Of a DNA stretch of 64,000 nucleotides, positions 17,479 to 27,982 are shown piece by piece. The stretch lies in contig CAWEZL010000001.1 in NCBI GenBank assembly GCA_963813585.1, forward strand, positions 118,056-182,055, in the 5' to 3' direction. A model generated the notes under the pieces. That model worked only from the letters and a program-made list of their open reading frames with translations. It did not search any database and was not told the origin of the DNA. Every line of letters starts with the position of its first letter. The stretch's first letter is position 1. The position numbers and the translations under genes are program-made. The DNA is from an uncultured Acidobacteriota bacterium. Its GTDB lineage: Bacteria > Acidobacteriota > Vicinamibacteria > Vicinamibacterales > Fen-181.

Positions 17479-17574
17479 GTTCAGCCCCGCTATCACAGTT
17501 CCTCCAGCGCCACGAGTCACTGCAAGGTTCAGCTTCCCTCCTTGACAGTTCTCGCCGTTAGCCGCTACGTTGAA

Positions 17575-17700
17575 ACCGCCACAACTTCGGGGCGGGGTGC
17601 AAGTCCCCACCGGCGGTAGAGCCCGCGAGCCCGCAAGGGCAGACCCGGTGTGACTCCGGGGCCGACAGTGACAGTCTGGATGGGAGGGGTTGGGGCTGGT
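17575..17700 (+). promoter_or_regulatory. FMN riboswitch (RFN element) preceding ribD
   Basis: Conserved RFN cores: cttcGGGGCgGGGTGcAAgTCCCcACCGGCGGTAgAGCCCGCGAGCC...AGGGCAGAcccGGTGtgActCCGGGGCCGACAGTgACAGTCTGGATGGGAGggG. Followed by a Gly/C-rich sequestering stem before ATG 17784. Confidence 0.85.
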
Positions 17701-17783
17701 CGGGATCCGTCCACCCGGGCGGATGCCGTCGTAACCTGCCTGTCTCTCCTCCCACCCCGCGGTGTTTCCCGTTCCTGGCTCCG

Positions 17784-18938
17784 ATGGACGAACCGACCTC
17801 CGACGACCGCCGGTTCATGCTCGAAGCGCTGGCCCTTGCCGCGCGGCCGGCGCGACGGCCGTGGCCCAACCCGCCCGTGGGCGCCGTCGTCGTCCGTGAC
17901 GGGGTCCTCGTCGGCCGCGGCGCGCATCACGGTGCCGGCACGCCCCACGCCGAGGCGATCGCGCTCGCCGAAGCGGGGCATCGCGCTCGCGGTGCGACCC
18001 TCTACTGCACACTCGAGCCGTGCAACCACGAGGGGCGCACGCCTCCGTGCGCTCCGGCGGTGATCGCGGCCGGGGTGTCGCGGCTGGTCGTCGCGATGCG
18101 AGACCCCAACCCGCGTGTGGCCGGCGGGGGGCTCGAGGTCGCCCGGTGCGCGGGCATCGAGATCACGCTGGGAGTCTGTGAGGAGGACGCACTCGACTTG
18201 GTGTGGCCGTTCGTCGTGACGCGAGCATTCGAGCGGCCGTTCGTCTGTCTCAAGACCGCGGCCTCGCTCGACGGCCGTTTCGCGCCGGCGGGCACCGCCC
18301 CGGGCGCCGGCCCCGTGTACCTGACGAGCCAGGAGGCGCGCCGGCAGGCGCACGAGTTGCGGCGCTGGTTCGACGTCGTCGTGGTGGGCTCGCGGACCGC
18401 GGCCATCGACCGGCCGCGCCTCGACGGCCGCCTCGCCACCGCCGGCGCGGCGTGCCCGCCCCAGGACCCGATCCCCGCCGTCATGACCGGGCACCTGGCC
18501 GAGCTTCCACCCTGGCCGGGGCGACCGCACCTGGCGCTGGTCGGCCGCGGCGTGCCCGCCGCGGCGGTTGACGCGGCGACGGCCGCCGGCGGCACGGTGA
18601 TCCCCTGCGATCAGGGCCCCTCGGGCCTCGAGCCGGCGTCGGTCGTGGCCAACCTGGCCCGGCTGGGGAAGTACTGCCTCCTGCTGGAGGGCGGGCCCTC
18701 GGTCGCCGCCGCGTTCCTCCAGGCCGGCCTCGTCGACCGGTGGATTCGTTACACGGCGCCCGTCGTCCTGGGGCGCGGAATCGGCTGGCCCGAGTGGGAG
18801 CAGCAGGGCGGCGGATTCACGCTGACGCGTGCGGGCGGCTGCGGGCGCGACGTGGTCACGGTGTGGGACCGGGTGTCGTTTGCCGACGCGTGCGCGAGGC
18901 TCGGCGGCAATCGGCAAGACGCCGCGGGAGGCCTCTGA
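17784..18938 (+). CDS. ribD: bifunctional diaminohydroxyphosphoribosylaminopyrimidine deaminase / 5-amino-6-(5-phosphoribosylamino)uracil reductase
   Basis: CMP/dCMP deaminase zinc motif HAEAIAL...CTLEPCNHEGRTPPC. C-terminal RibD reductase domain. Confidence 0.9.
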   Translation: MDEPTSDDRRFMLEALALAARPARRPWPNPPVGAVVVRDGVLVGRGAHHGAGTPHAEAIALAEAGHRARGATLYCTLEPCNHEGRTPPCAPAVIAAGVSRLVVAMRDPNPRVAGGGLEVARCAGIEITLGVCEEDALDLVWPFVVTRAFERPFVCLKTAASLDGRFAPAGTAPGAGPVYLTSQEARRQAHELRRWFDVVVVGSRTAAIDRPRLDGRLATAGAACPPQDPIPAVMTGHLAELPPWPGRPHLALVGRGVPAAAVDAATAAGGTVIPCDQGPSGLEPASVVANLARLGKYCLLLEGGPSVAAAFLQAGLVDRWIRYTAPVVLGRGIGWPEWEQQGGGFTLTRAGGCGRDVVTVWDRVSFADACARLGGNRQDAAGGL

Positions 18939-19612
18939 TGTTCACCGGGCTCGTTCGGGAGGTCGGCCGCGTGGCGCGGCTCGGACGCCGCGGCGCCGTG
19001 ACGACGATCGAAATCGACGCTCCGCTCGTCGCCCGGTCCCCGGATGGGCCCGCGCCCGACGTTGGCGACAGCATCGCGGTCAACGGCATCTGTTTGACGG
19101 TCGTGCGCGTGGCCGGCGCCCGCCTCTCGGTGGAGGCAACCACGGAGACGAAGCGGGTCACGACACTCGGCGACTGGACGGCCGGGAGCCTGGTGCACCT
19201 CGAGCCGTCGCTCCGCGCGGGCGACGCGCTGGGCGGGCACTTCGTGCTCGGACACGTGGATGGCACCGGGCGCCTGCTTCGGTTGGCGCGCCGGAACGGC
19301 ACGGCAGCGATGACCGTGAGCGTCCCCGAGGGGCTGGCCAGGCTCCTGCTGCCCAAGGGGTCGGTCGCCGTTGACGGCGTCAGCCTGACGCTGGACGAGG
19401 GGCCGTTCCGGAACCGCTTCACGGTGACGCTGATCCCGCACACGCTCCGCTCGACGCGGTTCGCCGGCCTCACCGCCGGCACCCGCCTGAACCTCGAGCT
19501 GGACGTGCTTGCCAAGGCCGCCGAGCGGCGCGAGACAGGGCCGCCGCTCACCGTGGCGGCACTGCGGACACGAGGGTGGACCCGATCGATCGGGCCGGGG
19601 GACGGACGATGA
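18938..19612 (+). CDS. ribE: riboflavin synthase alpha subunit
   Basis: MFTGLVREVGRV... with duplicated lumazine-binding repeats (GDSIAVNGICLTV / GSVAVDGVSLTL). TGATG overlap with ribD. Confidence 0.85.
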   Translation: MFTGLVREVGRVARLGRRGAVTTIEIDAPLVARSPDGPAPDVGDSIAVNGICLTVVRVAGARLSVEATTETKRVTTLGDWTAGSLVHLEPSLRAGDALGGHFVLGHVDGTGRLLRLARRNGTAAMTVSVPEGLARLLLPKGSVAVDGVSLTLDEGPFRNRFTVTLIPHTLRSTRFAGLTAGTRLNLELDVLAKAAERRETGPPLTVAALRTRGWTRSIGPGDGR

Positions 19613-20820
19613 CAGGCACCTTGCTGGACTCGATCGACACCGCACTCGACCGGCTGCGGCGCGGGGAGATCGTCATCGTGGTGGACGACGAGGATCGCGA
19701 GAACGAGGGCGACCTCGTCCTGGCGGCCGAGAAGGTGACGCCCGAGGCGATCAACTTTTTCGCGCGGCACGGGCGCGGACTGGTCTGCTTCTCCACAACC
19801 GGGGAACGGCTGCGGGCGCTGGATCTCGGCCCGATGGTCGAGCGCAACACCGCCGCGCTCGGCACGTCGTTCACCGTGTCGGTCGATGCCGCCACGGGCG
19901 TCGGGTCGGGCATCTCCGCGTTCGATCGCGCGAGGACCGTGCGGGTCCTGATCGATCCGGCCGCCACCCCGGCCGATCTCGTGCGGCCCGGCCACGTCTT
20001 CCCGCTCGAGGCCCGGCCGGGGGGCGTGCTGCGCCGCAGCGGCCACACCGAGGCGGTCGTCGACCTGTGCCGCCTCGCCGGGCTCTACCCGGCCGGCATC
20101 CTCTGCGAGATCATGGACGACGACGGGTCGATGGCGAGGCTGCCGAAGCTGCGGTCCATCGCCGACACCTTCGGGCTTGCGCTCGTGTCGATTGCCGACC
20201 TGATCGCCTACCGCCGCCGCCACGAGCAACTGGTGCGCCGGGAGGCCGAGGTGGACCTGCCCACGCGCCACGGCCACTTCACGCTCGTCGCTTACGCGAC
20301 CACCGTCGATGCGAGCGTCCACCTCGCGCTGGTGAAGGGGCAGCTGTCGCCCGGCGAACCGACACTGGTGCGCGTCCACTCCGAGTGCCTGACGGGCGAC
20401 GTCTTCCACTCGCTGCGCTGCGACTGCGGCGAGCAGATGGAGGCGGCCCTCGACGCCATCGAGGCGAACGGCAGCGGCGTGTTCCTCTACATGCGGCAGG
20501 AGGGACGCGGCATCGGCCTCGTGAACAAGCTGAAGGCGTACGGACTGCAGGAGGCGGGCAGCGACACCGTCGAGGCGAACCTCCGCCTCGGGTTCGCCGA
20601 CGACCTGCGCGACTACGGGCTGGGCGCGCAGATCCTCAGGGACCTCGGCGTGGGGCGAATGGCGCTCATCACCAACAACCCGCGGAAGATCGTCGGCCTC
20701 GAGGGCTATGGGCTCGAGGTGGTCAGCCGCGTACCGCTCGAGGTGAGCCCCAACGCGAGCAACCTGGCGTACCTGCGGACCAAGAAGTCCCGGCTGGGAC
20801 ACCTGCTGGAGCGCGTGTGA
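19609..20820 (+). CDS. ribBA: bifunctional 3,4-dihydroxy-2-butanone-4-phosphate synthase / GTP cyclohydrolase II
   Basis: DHBP synthase N-domain (VVDDEDRENEGDLV). GTP cyclohydrolase II CxxC...C motif (VHSECLTGDVFHSLRCDCG). ATGA overlap with ribE. Confidence 0.9.
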   Translation: MTGTLLDSIDTALDRLRRGEIVIVVDDEDRENEGDLVLAAEKVTPEAINFFARHGRGLVCFSTTGERLRALDLGPMVERNTAALGTSFTVSVDAATGVGSGISAFDRARTVRVLIDPAATPADLVRPGHVFPLEARPGGVLRRSGHTEAVVDLCRLAGLYPAGILCEIMDDDGSMARLPKLRSIADTFGLALVSIADLIAYRRRHEQLVRREAEVDLPTRHGHFTLVAYATTVDASVHLALVKGQLSPGEPTLVRVHSECLTGDVFHSLRCDCGEQMEAALDAIEANGSGVFLYMRQEGRGIGLVNKLKAYGLQEAGSDTVEANLRLGFADDLRDYGLGAQILRDLGVGRMALITNNPRKIVGLEGYGLEVVSRVPLEVSPNASNLAYLRTKKSRLGHLLERV

Positions 20821-20837
20821 ACGAACGTGGAGGACGT

Positions 20838-21320
20838 ATGGGCAAGGTGTTCGAGGGACGGTTCGAGGCGCGGGGCAAGCGGGTGGCCATCGCGGTGAGC
20901 CGCTTCAACGACTTCTTCACCAAGGAGCTGCTCGGCGGCGCCCGCGACTGCCTGGCGCGGCACGGCGTGCCCGACGAGCACGTGGACGTGGCCTGGGTGC
21001 CCGGAAGCTTCGAGCTGCCCCTGGCGGCCAGCCGCCTCGCGCGCACCGGGCGCTACGGCGCGGTGGTGTGCCTCGGCTGCCTGATCCAGGGCGACACTCC
21101 GCACTTCCAGCTGATCGCTGCGGAGGTGACCAAGGGGGTCGCGCAGGTGGCGCTCGAGACCGGCGTCCCGGTCAGCTTCGGTGTCATCACCGCCGAGACC
21201 CTCGAGCAGGCGATCGAGCGGGCGGGCACCAAGGCGGGCAACAAGGGGTTCGACGCCGCGCTGGCCGCCCTCGAGATGATGGGGGTCCTGGACAGCATCG
21301 GCGCGGACGGTGACGCGTGA
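20838..21320 (+). CDS. ribH: 6,7-dimethyl-8-ribityllumazine synthase
   Basis: GGAGG RBS. MGKVFEGRFEARGKRVAIAVSRFNDFFT... typical RibH. Confidence 0.9.
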   Translation: MGKVFEGRFEARGKRVAIAVSRFNDFFTKELLGGARDCLARHGVPDEHVDVAWVPGSFELPLAASRLARTGRYGAVVCLGCLIQGDTPHFQLIAAEVTKGVAQVALETGVPVSFGVITAETLEQAIERAGTKAGNKGFDAALAALEMMGVLDSIGADGDA

Positions 21321-21363
21321 CGGAGAGCGCACAAGGGGAGAATCGCGGACAGGCCCGGAGTGC

Positions 21364-21414
21364 GGGGGACGGGGAGCGGGAAGCCGCCAGGCCTTTCGCT
21401 CCCCGTCCCTCCCG
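21364..21414. terminator. bidirectional hairpin between convergent ribH and the efflux operon
   Basis: GGGGGACGGGGAGCG...loop...CGCTCCCCGTCCCTCCC, a 13-bp perfect stem, followed by a T-containing tract. Confidence 0.45.
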
Positions 21415-21444
21415 GGTCTTCCGTTCTACATCCTGCGTTGAGGC

Positions 21445-22866
21445 CTACTGCCCGAGCGTTCCCCCCACCCACGCCAGGTTCACGCGGGCGACGCGGTAGT
21501 CGCGTTGGGCGCGCGCGAGGTTCGCCCGCGCGGACGACAGGTTCAGCTCGGCGTCCTGCACCTCGAGGCGCGTCTTCACGCCCAGCTCGAACCCCTTTTC
21601 CGCGAGGAAGAGCAGCTTCTCGGCCTGGGCCACCGTCCCGCCGAGGGCTCCCGCGATCTCGGAGGCCTCGCGCACGGCGTTCAGTGCGGTGCGCACCTCG
21701 AGGCGGATCCCGTCGCGCAGCTTCAGCTCGTCGAAGTTCAAGCGCAGCAGGTCGCTCTGCGCCTGCGCCACCTGCCCCTTCGTCCGCCAGCCGTCGAACA
21801 GCGGGATGCTGGCGACCAACCCGGCATTCCAGGCCGTGCCGCGCGCCGAGATGGTCTTGAGACCGAGGCGCCGCTGGCCCCAGCTCGCCGAGAAATCGAC
21901 CCTCGGCTTGCTGGCCGCCTTGGCAATGGTGACCAGCTCGCCGTAGATTCCCTTCGTGCCGACAATCTCGGAAATCTCCGGGCGATGCTCGATGGCGCTC
22001 GCCAGCACCTGCTCGTACGGCGGCGCCGCCTCGATGGTGGTGGCGAGCGAGCCGGCCGCGTCCACCTCGCCCGGCTCGGCAAGCAGGAATCGCAGCTGCT
22101 CGCGCGCCATCCGCACGCCGTTCTCGGCGCGGATGACGGCCGGCCGGCCGTTCTCGACGGCGACCTGCGCCGCCAGCACGTCGTAGTCGGTGGCGGTGCC
22201 GGCGGACTGCCGCTTCAGCGTCTCGTCGAGGTGCCGCTGGCGCTGCTCGAGGTCCTGCCGCGCGATGGCGGCCAGCTCGCGCGCCACCAGCACGTCGTAG
22301 AACGCCGTGGTGACGTCCTTCTCGACGGCCTGCTGGAAGCGCCGCAACTGCTGGTTGGCGACGCCGAACCCGAGCTTCGCCGCCCGGACGGCCGCGCCCA
22401 CCTGGCCCCACGTGAAGACGACCTGGTTGACCGAGAACCCCGCCACCCCCACGTCCTGCCGACCGCCGAAGATGTCGCCGATGCCCGTTTCACCGGAGTT
22501 CCCCTCGTCGGCGGGCATGAAGTCCTTGAAGAGCTTCGTCATCGAGTTGTCGAACGTGCGCGTGTTGCTGACGCTGAGCGTCGCGCGCGGGAGGGCCGCC
22601 CCCCGCTCCTGCACGTAGCGGCCCCGCACCCAGTTCTGGTACTCCCGCGCTTTCTGGATGTCGCGGTTCTGCTCGGCGGCGACGGCGAGCGCCTGCTCGA
22701 GGGTCAGCGTCTTCACCGGGACGCCCGCCTCGGCCTGCGCGGCTTGCGCCGCCTGCGCCGCCTGCTGCCCCAGCGCGACAGCCGGCCGCTCCGCCGCCAG
22801 CATCCCCTCGCGCAGCGTCGAGACGGACTGGCCGAACGCGTCGGCCGGCCCCGCGAACAGGGCCGC
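21445..22866 (-). CDS. TolC-family outer membrane efflux protein (OMF); no stop codon separates it from the upstream RND gene
   Basis: Signal-peptide-like TTALVVAALFAGPADAFG. Two tandem OEP repeats. Possible own start is an in-frame GTG ~22866 after AAGAAGGGG. Lies in the same frame as the RND ORF, giving a 1511-aa continuous ORF 21445..25980. Confidence 0.7.
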   Translation of the reverse strand, partial: AALFAGPADAFGQSVSTLREGMLAAERPAVALGQQAAQAAQAAQAEAGVPVKTLTLEQALAVAAEQNRDIQKAREYQNWVRGRYVQERGAALPRATLSVSNTRTFDNSMTKLFKDFMPADEGNSGETGIGDIFGGRQDVGVAGFSVNQVVFTWGQVGAAVRAAKLGFGVANQQLRRFQQAVEKDVTTAFYDVLVARELAAIARQDLEQRQRHLDETLKRQSAGTATDYDVLAAQVAVENGRPAVIRAENGVRMAREQLRFLLAEPGEVDAAGSLATTIEAAPPYEQVLASAIEHRPEISEIVGTKGIYGELVTIAKAASKPRVDFSASWGQRRLGLKTISARGTAWNAGLVASIPLFDGWRTKGQVAQAQSDLLRLNFDELKLRDGIRLEVRTALNAVREASEIAGALGGTVAQAEKLLFLAEKGFELGVKTRLEVQDAELNLSSARANLARAQRDYRVARVNLAWVGGTLGQ

Positions 22867-25800
22867 GACCACGAGCGCCGTCGTCACGACGGCCGCCGTC
22901 CCCTTCTTGCGGTTCCGCCCGAGCAGCCAGGCGGTGATGTCGTCGAGGATCGAGTACACGACCGGGACGACGATCAGCGTCAGCAGTGTCGAGGTGACCA
23001 GGCCCCCGACGACCGCGCGGGCCATCGGCGCCCGGAACTCGGCGCCCTCGCCGATGGCGAAGAACAGCGGCAGCATGCCGAAGATCATCGCCGTCGTCGT
23101 CATCAGGATCGGCCGCAGCCGCGTGCGGCCCGCGAGGATCAGCGCCTCGCGCCGCTCGTGCCCCCGCGATCGCAGCACCTTCGTGTAGTCCACCAGCAGG
23201 ATTGCGTTCTTGGTCACCAGCCCCATCAGCATGATGAGGCCGATGAGCGACATGATGTTGATCGTGTCGCCGGTCAGCACCAGCGTGCCCGCCATGCCGA
23301 CGACCGCGAGCGGCAGCGAGAACATGATCGCCAGCGGATCCATGAACGATTCGAACTGCGCCGCCAGGATCAGGTAGACGAGGATGATTGCCAGCATCAG
23401 CGCCTCGGCCATGTAGCCGAACGACTCGACCATCATCTCCGTGTCGCCGCCGATCAGCACCTTGTAGCCGGGCCCGAGCTGGATCTTGTCCGCCGCCGCC
23501 TGGGCCAGCGAGCTGGCCGTGCCGAGCGGCAGCTTGTCGAGGTTCGCGTCCACCGTCACCTGCCGCGACAGGTCGCGGCGGTTGATCTCGGCCGGGGAGG
23601 TGGCCCGCGTGAACGTGACCAGGTCGCTGAGGGGCACCAGCGCCACGCCCTGCGCGGAAGGCACGGTCACCTTGAGGTCGCCGATCTGCGACACGCGCGT
23701 CCGCAGCGCCTCGGGGAGCCGGACCCGGACCGCGACCCCCTCGCCCTCCTCGTCCTCGTAGGTGGTGACGGCCTGGCCACCCACGAGCACGCCGACGGTG
23801 TTGGCGACGGCGGCGCTGCCCAGGCCGGTGGCGGCGGCGCGCTCGCGGTCCACGATCAGGCGGTACTCGGGGAGGTCCAGCTCCATCGTCGCTTCGATGT
23901 CCACGATCCCGGGGATCGAGTAGAGTTCCTGCTTCACCCGCGCCGCGTACTGCTTCAGCGTGGTGATGTCCTCTCCCTGGAGCACGACCTGCAGCGGCTT
24001 CTGGAAGGTGTCGACCTCCTCCTGCACCGAGAGGACGACGCCTGGGATCCGCTGGAGGCGCAGCCGCACGTCGTGAACGAAGTCCTTGAGGCCGCGGTCG
24101 CGCTCCTCCTTCGGCACGAGCTTCACGAACACCGTGGCGTCTCGCACCGTGTCGGAATCGCCGGCGCCGATCGAGGCGTACGTGTACCGCACCTCCTTGA
24201 ACTCGGCGAAGGCGCCGAGCACGTCCTCGAGGCGCCCCCGTGTCTCGGCGATCGACGATCCCGGCGCGCTCTTGAACTTCACGACGAACTCGCCCTGGTC
24301 CATGGGGGTCATGAATTCCGTCTGCAGGAGGGTGAAGACCCCCAGCCCGGCGACGAACGCCAGGATCGCGACGGCCGACACGACGAACCGGTGGTCGAGG
24401 GACCACCCGATCACCTTCTTGTAGCCGTTCGCCATCCGCTCGAACCACTCGTTGAACCGGTCGAGCGCGCGCTGCAGGATGTTGCGGCGCCCCTTCCGCT
24501 CGATGTCGGGATCGATCCAGCGCGACGAGAGCATCGGGTCGAGCGTGAACGAGACGAACAGCGAGACGAGCACGGCGAACGCCACGGTCAGCCCGAACTG
24601 GTAGAAGAAGCGCCCGACGACCCCCTTCATGAAGGCGACCGGCACGAAGACGGCGATGATCGACATCGACGTCGCGAGCACCGCCAGGCCGATCTCCGCC
24701 GTCCCCTTCCGGGCCGCCTCGAAGTGGTCTTCGCCCCGCTCGAGGTGCCTGACGATGTTCTCGCGCACGACGATCGCGTCGTCGATGAGCAGGCCGATGG
24801 CCAGCGACAGCGCCATCAGCGTCAGCGAGTTCAGCGTCATGCCCAGGAAGTGCATGACGATGAACGACGAGATGACCGAGATCGGGAGCGTCAGCCCCGT
24901 GATGACCGTCGAACGCCAGGAGTTCAGGAAGCAGAAGACGATGAGGATCGTCAGCAGGCCGCCGAGGATCAGCGTGTTCTGGACGTCGTGCACCGCCTCG
25001 CGGATGAACACCGAGGTGTCGCGCACCACCTGCAGATCCGTCCCCGCCGGCATCTCGGCGCGCAGGAGATCGAGCTCGGCGCGCACGCCGTCCACCACCC
25101 CGACGGTGTTGGCCTTCGTCTGCTTGGTGACGTCGATCGCCACCGCGGGCTGGCCGTCGATGAGCGCCAGCGACCGCGGCTCGGCGATCGTGTCGGTGAT
25201 CGTCGCCACGTCCGCGAGCCGGATCGGCTGCCCCGCCCGGCGGGCGATCACCATGCTCGCGTAGCCGTCCGTGCTGGCCGGCTTCCCGGAGATGCGCAGC
25301 GGCAGCTCGGTGCCGGCGCTCGTCAGGCGGCCGAGCGGCGTGTTCACGTTCTCCGTGGCCAGCCCCGCGACGACCTCGTCCACCCCCATCCCGAGGGCCG
25401 ACAGGCGGGCGGGGTCGAGGTCCACCGCCACCTCGCGCGTCGAGTCGCCCACCAGCTTCGCGCGCGCCACCCCGGGCACCCCTTCGAGCCGGCGCTTCAC
25501 CTTCCGGTCGGCCAGCGTCGTCAGCTCCCGCGCCGAGAGGGTCTTCGAGCGGACCGCGACCGAGATCACCGGCATCGCCTGGAAGTCGAACTTCTGGATG
25601 ACGGGATCGGCCATGTTCGCCGGCAGGTCGCGGCGGATGGCGTTGATCTTCGCGCGGGCCTCCTGCGAGGCGTCGTTGATCTTCACCTCGAGGTCGAACT
25701 CGACGATGATCATCGCCAGGCCTTCGCGCGAGATCGAGTTGACGTGCTTCACCCCGGAGATCGGGTTCAGCGCCTCCTCGATCTTCTTGCTCACCTCGCG

Positions 25801-25980
25801 CTCGACCGTCTCGGGCGAGGCGCCCGGCAGCTCCGCGACGACGGAGAGCACCGGGATTTCCACCTCCGGCATCATGTCCACCGGCAGTCGGCGCCAGGAG
25901 AAGATGCCGAGCGTGACGAGCGTCAGCATCATCACCGTCGCGACGACGGGCCGCTTGATCGACAGGTTCGAGAGGAACAT
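22867..25980 (-). CDS. RND efflux transporter permease (AcrB/MexB/CzcA superfamily), reading through into the OMF gene
   Basis: MFLSNLSIKRPVVATVMMLTLV... 12-TM RND with two large periplasmic loops. The C-terminus ...VPVVYSILDDITAWLLGRNRKK continues in frame into GTAAVVTTALVV... with no stop. Confidence 0.8.
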
Positions 25981-25982
25981 CG

Positions 25983-27107
25983 CTACGCCCCCTGACCCTT
26001 GGCGGGGGCAATCCGGTCGCCCGGCTTCAGCGCAAACGACCCGCGCGTGACCACCTGCTCACCGGCTTGCAGGCCCTCGACGACCTCGACCATCGTCGCC
26101 GTCGCGGCGCCGAACCTGACCTGGCGCCGGTCGGCGGTGTCGCCGCGGACCACGTACACGTCGGCCGTCCCCTGCTCGACGTTCCAGTTCTGGAGCGCCT
26201 CGCGCGGCACCTGCAGGACCCCGGTGCGGCTGGCCACGAGGATGCGCCCCTTCACGAACGCGCCCCCCTTCAGCTGGCCGTCGGTGTTCCGTACCTCGGC
26301 CACCACCATCGCCGAGCGGCTGGCCGGGTCGATCGTCGGGTTGATGAACATCACCCTGCCGGTGAACGTGCGGCCCGGCAGCGCGTCGGTCGTGAACTCG
26401 AGCGGCTGGCCCACCTTCACCTGCGACAGGCGCGACGAGGGGACCGCGACGGTCAGGTCGAGCAGCCGGTTGTCCACGATGCGGAAGAGCGGCGTCGCGC
26501 CGCCCCCCATGTTCTCGACCCGGTCGCCCACGTTGACGCCACGGAGCGCGATGACGCCGTCCATCGGGGCCGCCAAAAACGACTTGGCGAGCCGCGCCTG
26601 CGCCGCCTGCACCTGGGCCCGCGCCGCCGCCGTGCCGGCCTCCGCGGCGTCCACGGCCGACTTCGCGTCGTCCAGGTTCTGCGGCGTGATCAGCCCGTAC
26701 TGCCGCAGCTGCTGCGCCCGCTCGTACTCGCGCCGCGCCCGCGTCTCGCTGACGCGCGCCTGCGCCTCCATCGCTTCGAGCGCCTTGATCCCGGCCTCCG
26801 TCTCGGCCGTGTCGAGCCGCGCCAGCCGGGCGCCCTTGCGCACCGGCACCCACTCGGTGACGTAGACGGCGTTGACGACGCCCGAAACCTCCGACTTCAC
26901 GTCGGCCGAGAACTTCGGCTCGAGCGAGCCGACCACCTCCACCGCGTCCTGGAGGTCGGTCGCCGCGACCGTCGCAACCCCAACCGCCACGGGCGGCTTG
27001 CCGGCCGCCGAAGCCGCAGGCTCCGACCCGGAACCACACCCCGCCGCGGCCGCGGCCGCAACGCCCACCGTCACGAGGAAGAGGACATGACGCCCGATCC
27101 GTCTCAT
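25983..27107 (-). CDS. efflux RND transporter periplasmic adaptor subunit (MFP/HlyD family lipoprotein)
   Basis: Lipobox ...AAAAAGC. Biotin-lipoyl-like, coiled-coil and beta-barrel segments. ATGA overlap with tetR. 2-nt gap to RND. Confidence 0.85.
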   Translation of the reverse strand: MRRIGRHVLFLVTVGVAAAAAAGCGSGSEPAASAAGKPPVAVGVATVAATDLQDAVEVVGSLEPKFSADVKSEVSGVVNAVYVTEWVPVRKGARLARLDTAETEAGIKALEAMEAQARVSETRARREYERAQQLRQYGLITPQNLDDAKSAVDAAEAGTAAARAQVQAAQARLAKSFLAAPMDGVIALRGVNVGDRVENMGGGATPLFRIVDNRLLDLTVAVPSSRLSQVKVGQPLEFTTDALPGRTFTGRVMFINPTIDPASRSAMVVAEVRNTDGQLKGGAFVKGRILVASRTGVLQVPREALQNWNVEQGTADVYVVRGDTADRRQVRFGAATATMVEVVEGLQAGEQVVTRGSFALKPGDRIAPAKGQGA

Positions 27108-27766
27108 GGTCTTTCGTCTCCTTGCTCCCGCCGTTCCCTGAACACGCCGTCGAACACCAGGTCGAGCACCCGGAGAAGCCGCTCGCGGCTCACCGGCTCG
27201 ATGTTCGGATGGAGATGCCGCGACGCCGCCGACCCGATGACGCCGATTACCGCCAGGGCGACGTCGGCCGGATCCACCGATCGGAGCTCCCCGGACGCCA
27301 TCCCCGCCTCGACGATGTTTCGGAGGGCCGCCTCGAGGCTGCGCTCGAACTCGATGATGTCGAAGTCGGGGGCGGTGCCGGCCGGGTCGTGAAACGCCCG
27401 GTGCACGACCTGGATGACCGGCACGTTTTCGGTGAAGAGACCGTAGAAGTCCTCGCAGAGGCTCGCCAGGCGCTCGCGCGTGGTCCCGGGCGCGTCGATC
27501 GCCCGGCTCGCGGTGCGCCGGAATTCTTCGAGGCCCTCGTGCAGGATGGCCAGGAGGACCCCCTCCTTGCTGCCGAAGTGATAGTAGAGCGCCGGCTTCG
27601 TGACACTGGCCAGCTCGACGATCTCCCGCACCGACGCCGCGGAATACCCCTTCTTGTTGAAGACCTGGACCGCCGCTCGCAGCAGCCGGCTTCGCGTGTG
27701 CTCGTCCTTTTCGGCCGGCGGCACGGAGGCCTGCAGGGGGAGCGAACCGTCCGGAAGCGTGTTCAC
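27104..27766 (-). CDS. TetR/AcrR family transcriptional regulator
   Basis: N-terminal TetR HTH RSRLLRAAVQVFNKKGYSAASVREIVELASVTKPALYYHFGSKEGVL. Confidence 0.9.
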   Translation of the reverse strand: MNTLPDGSLPLQASVPPAEKDEHTRSRLLRAAVQVFNKKGYSAASVREIVELASVTKPALYYHFGSKEGVLLAILHEGLEEFRRTASRAIDAPGTTRERLASLCEDFYGLFTENVPVIQVVHRAFHDPAGTAPDFDIIEFERSLEAALRNIVEAGMASGELRSVDPADVALAVIGVIGSAASRHLHPNIEPVSRERLLRVLDLVFDGVFRERREQGDERP

Positions 27767-27796
27767 AGCGGGAACTCCGAAATGGCGGGGGGCAAT

Positions 27797-27838
27797 ATAC
27801 CTACCGGTAGGAATATGCGCTACCTACCGGTCGGTAAA
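27797..27838. promoter_or_regulatory. two AT-richer palindromes (CCTACCGGTAGG; TACCGgtCGGTA) directly upstream of tetR: candidate TetR operators
   Basis: atACCTACCGGTAGGaatatgcgcTACCTACCGGTCGGTAaat lies 30-70 nt upstream of the tetR start, in the tetR/sucA divergent region. Confidence 0.4.
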
Positions 27839-27883
27839 TATAACAGACGAACTTCCGCCTCGACAAGTTCCCGCCCTTATTGC

Positions 27884-27922
27884 GACTGGCATGAGAAATG
27901 GGGCCTGGCCCCATTTTCGGGC
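27884..27922. repeat. 38-nt palindromic repeat, copy 1 (GACTGGCRTGAGAAATGGGGCCTGGCCCCATTT(T)CGGGC)
   Basis: Contains the near-perfect inverted repeat GAAATGGGGCC-t-GGCCCCATTTC. A second copy lies 99 nt downstream. Confidence 0.6.
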
Positions 27923-27982
27923 CGCGCCCATGTCCGCGCCAGGCCGTCCCCAGGATCAGGCCGATCTTCGGACCCTTCTTGA

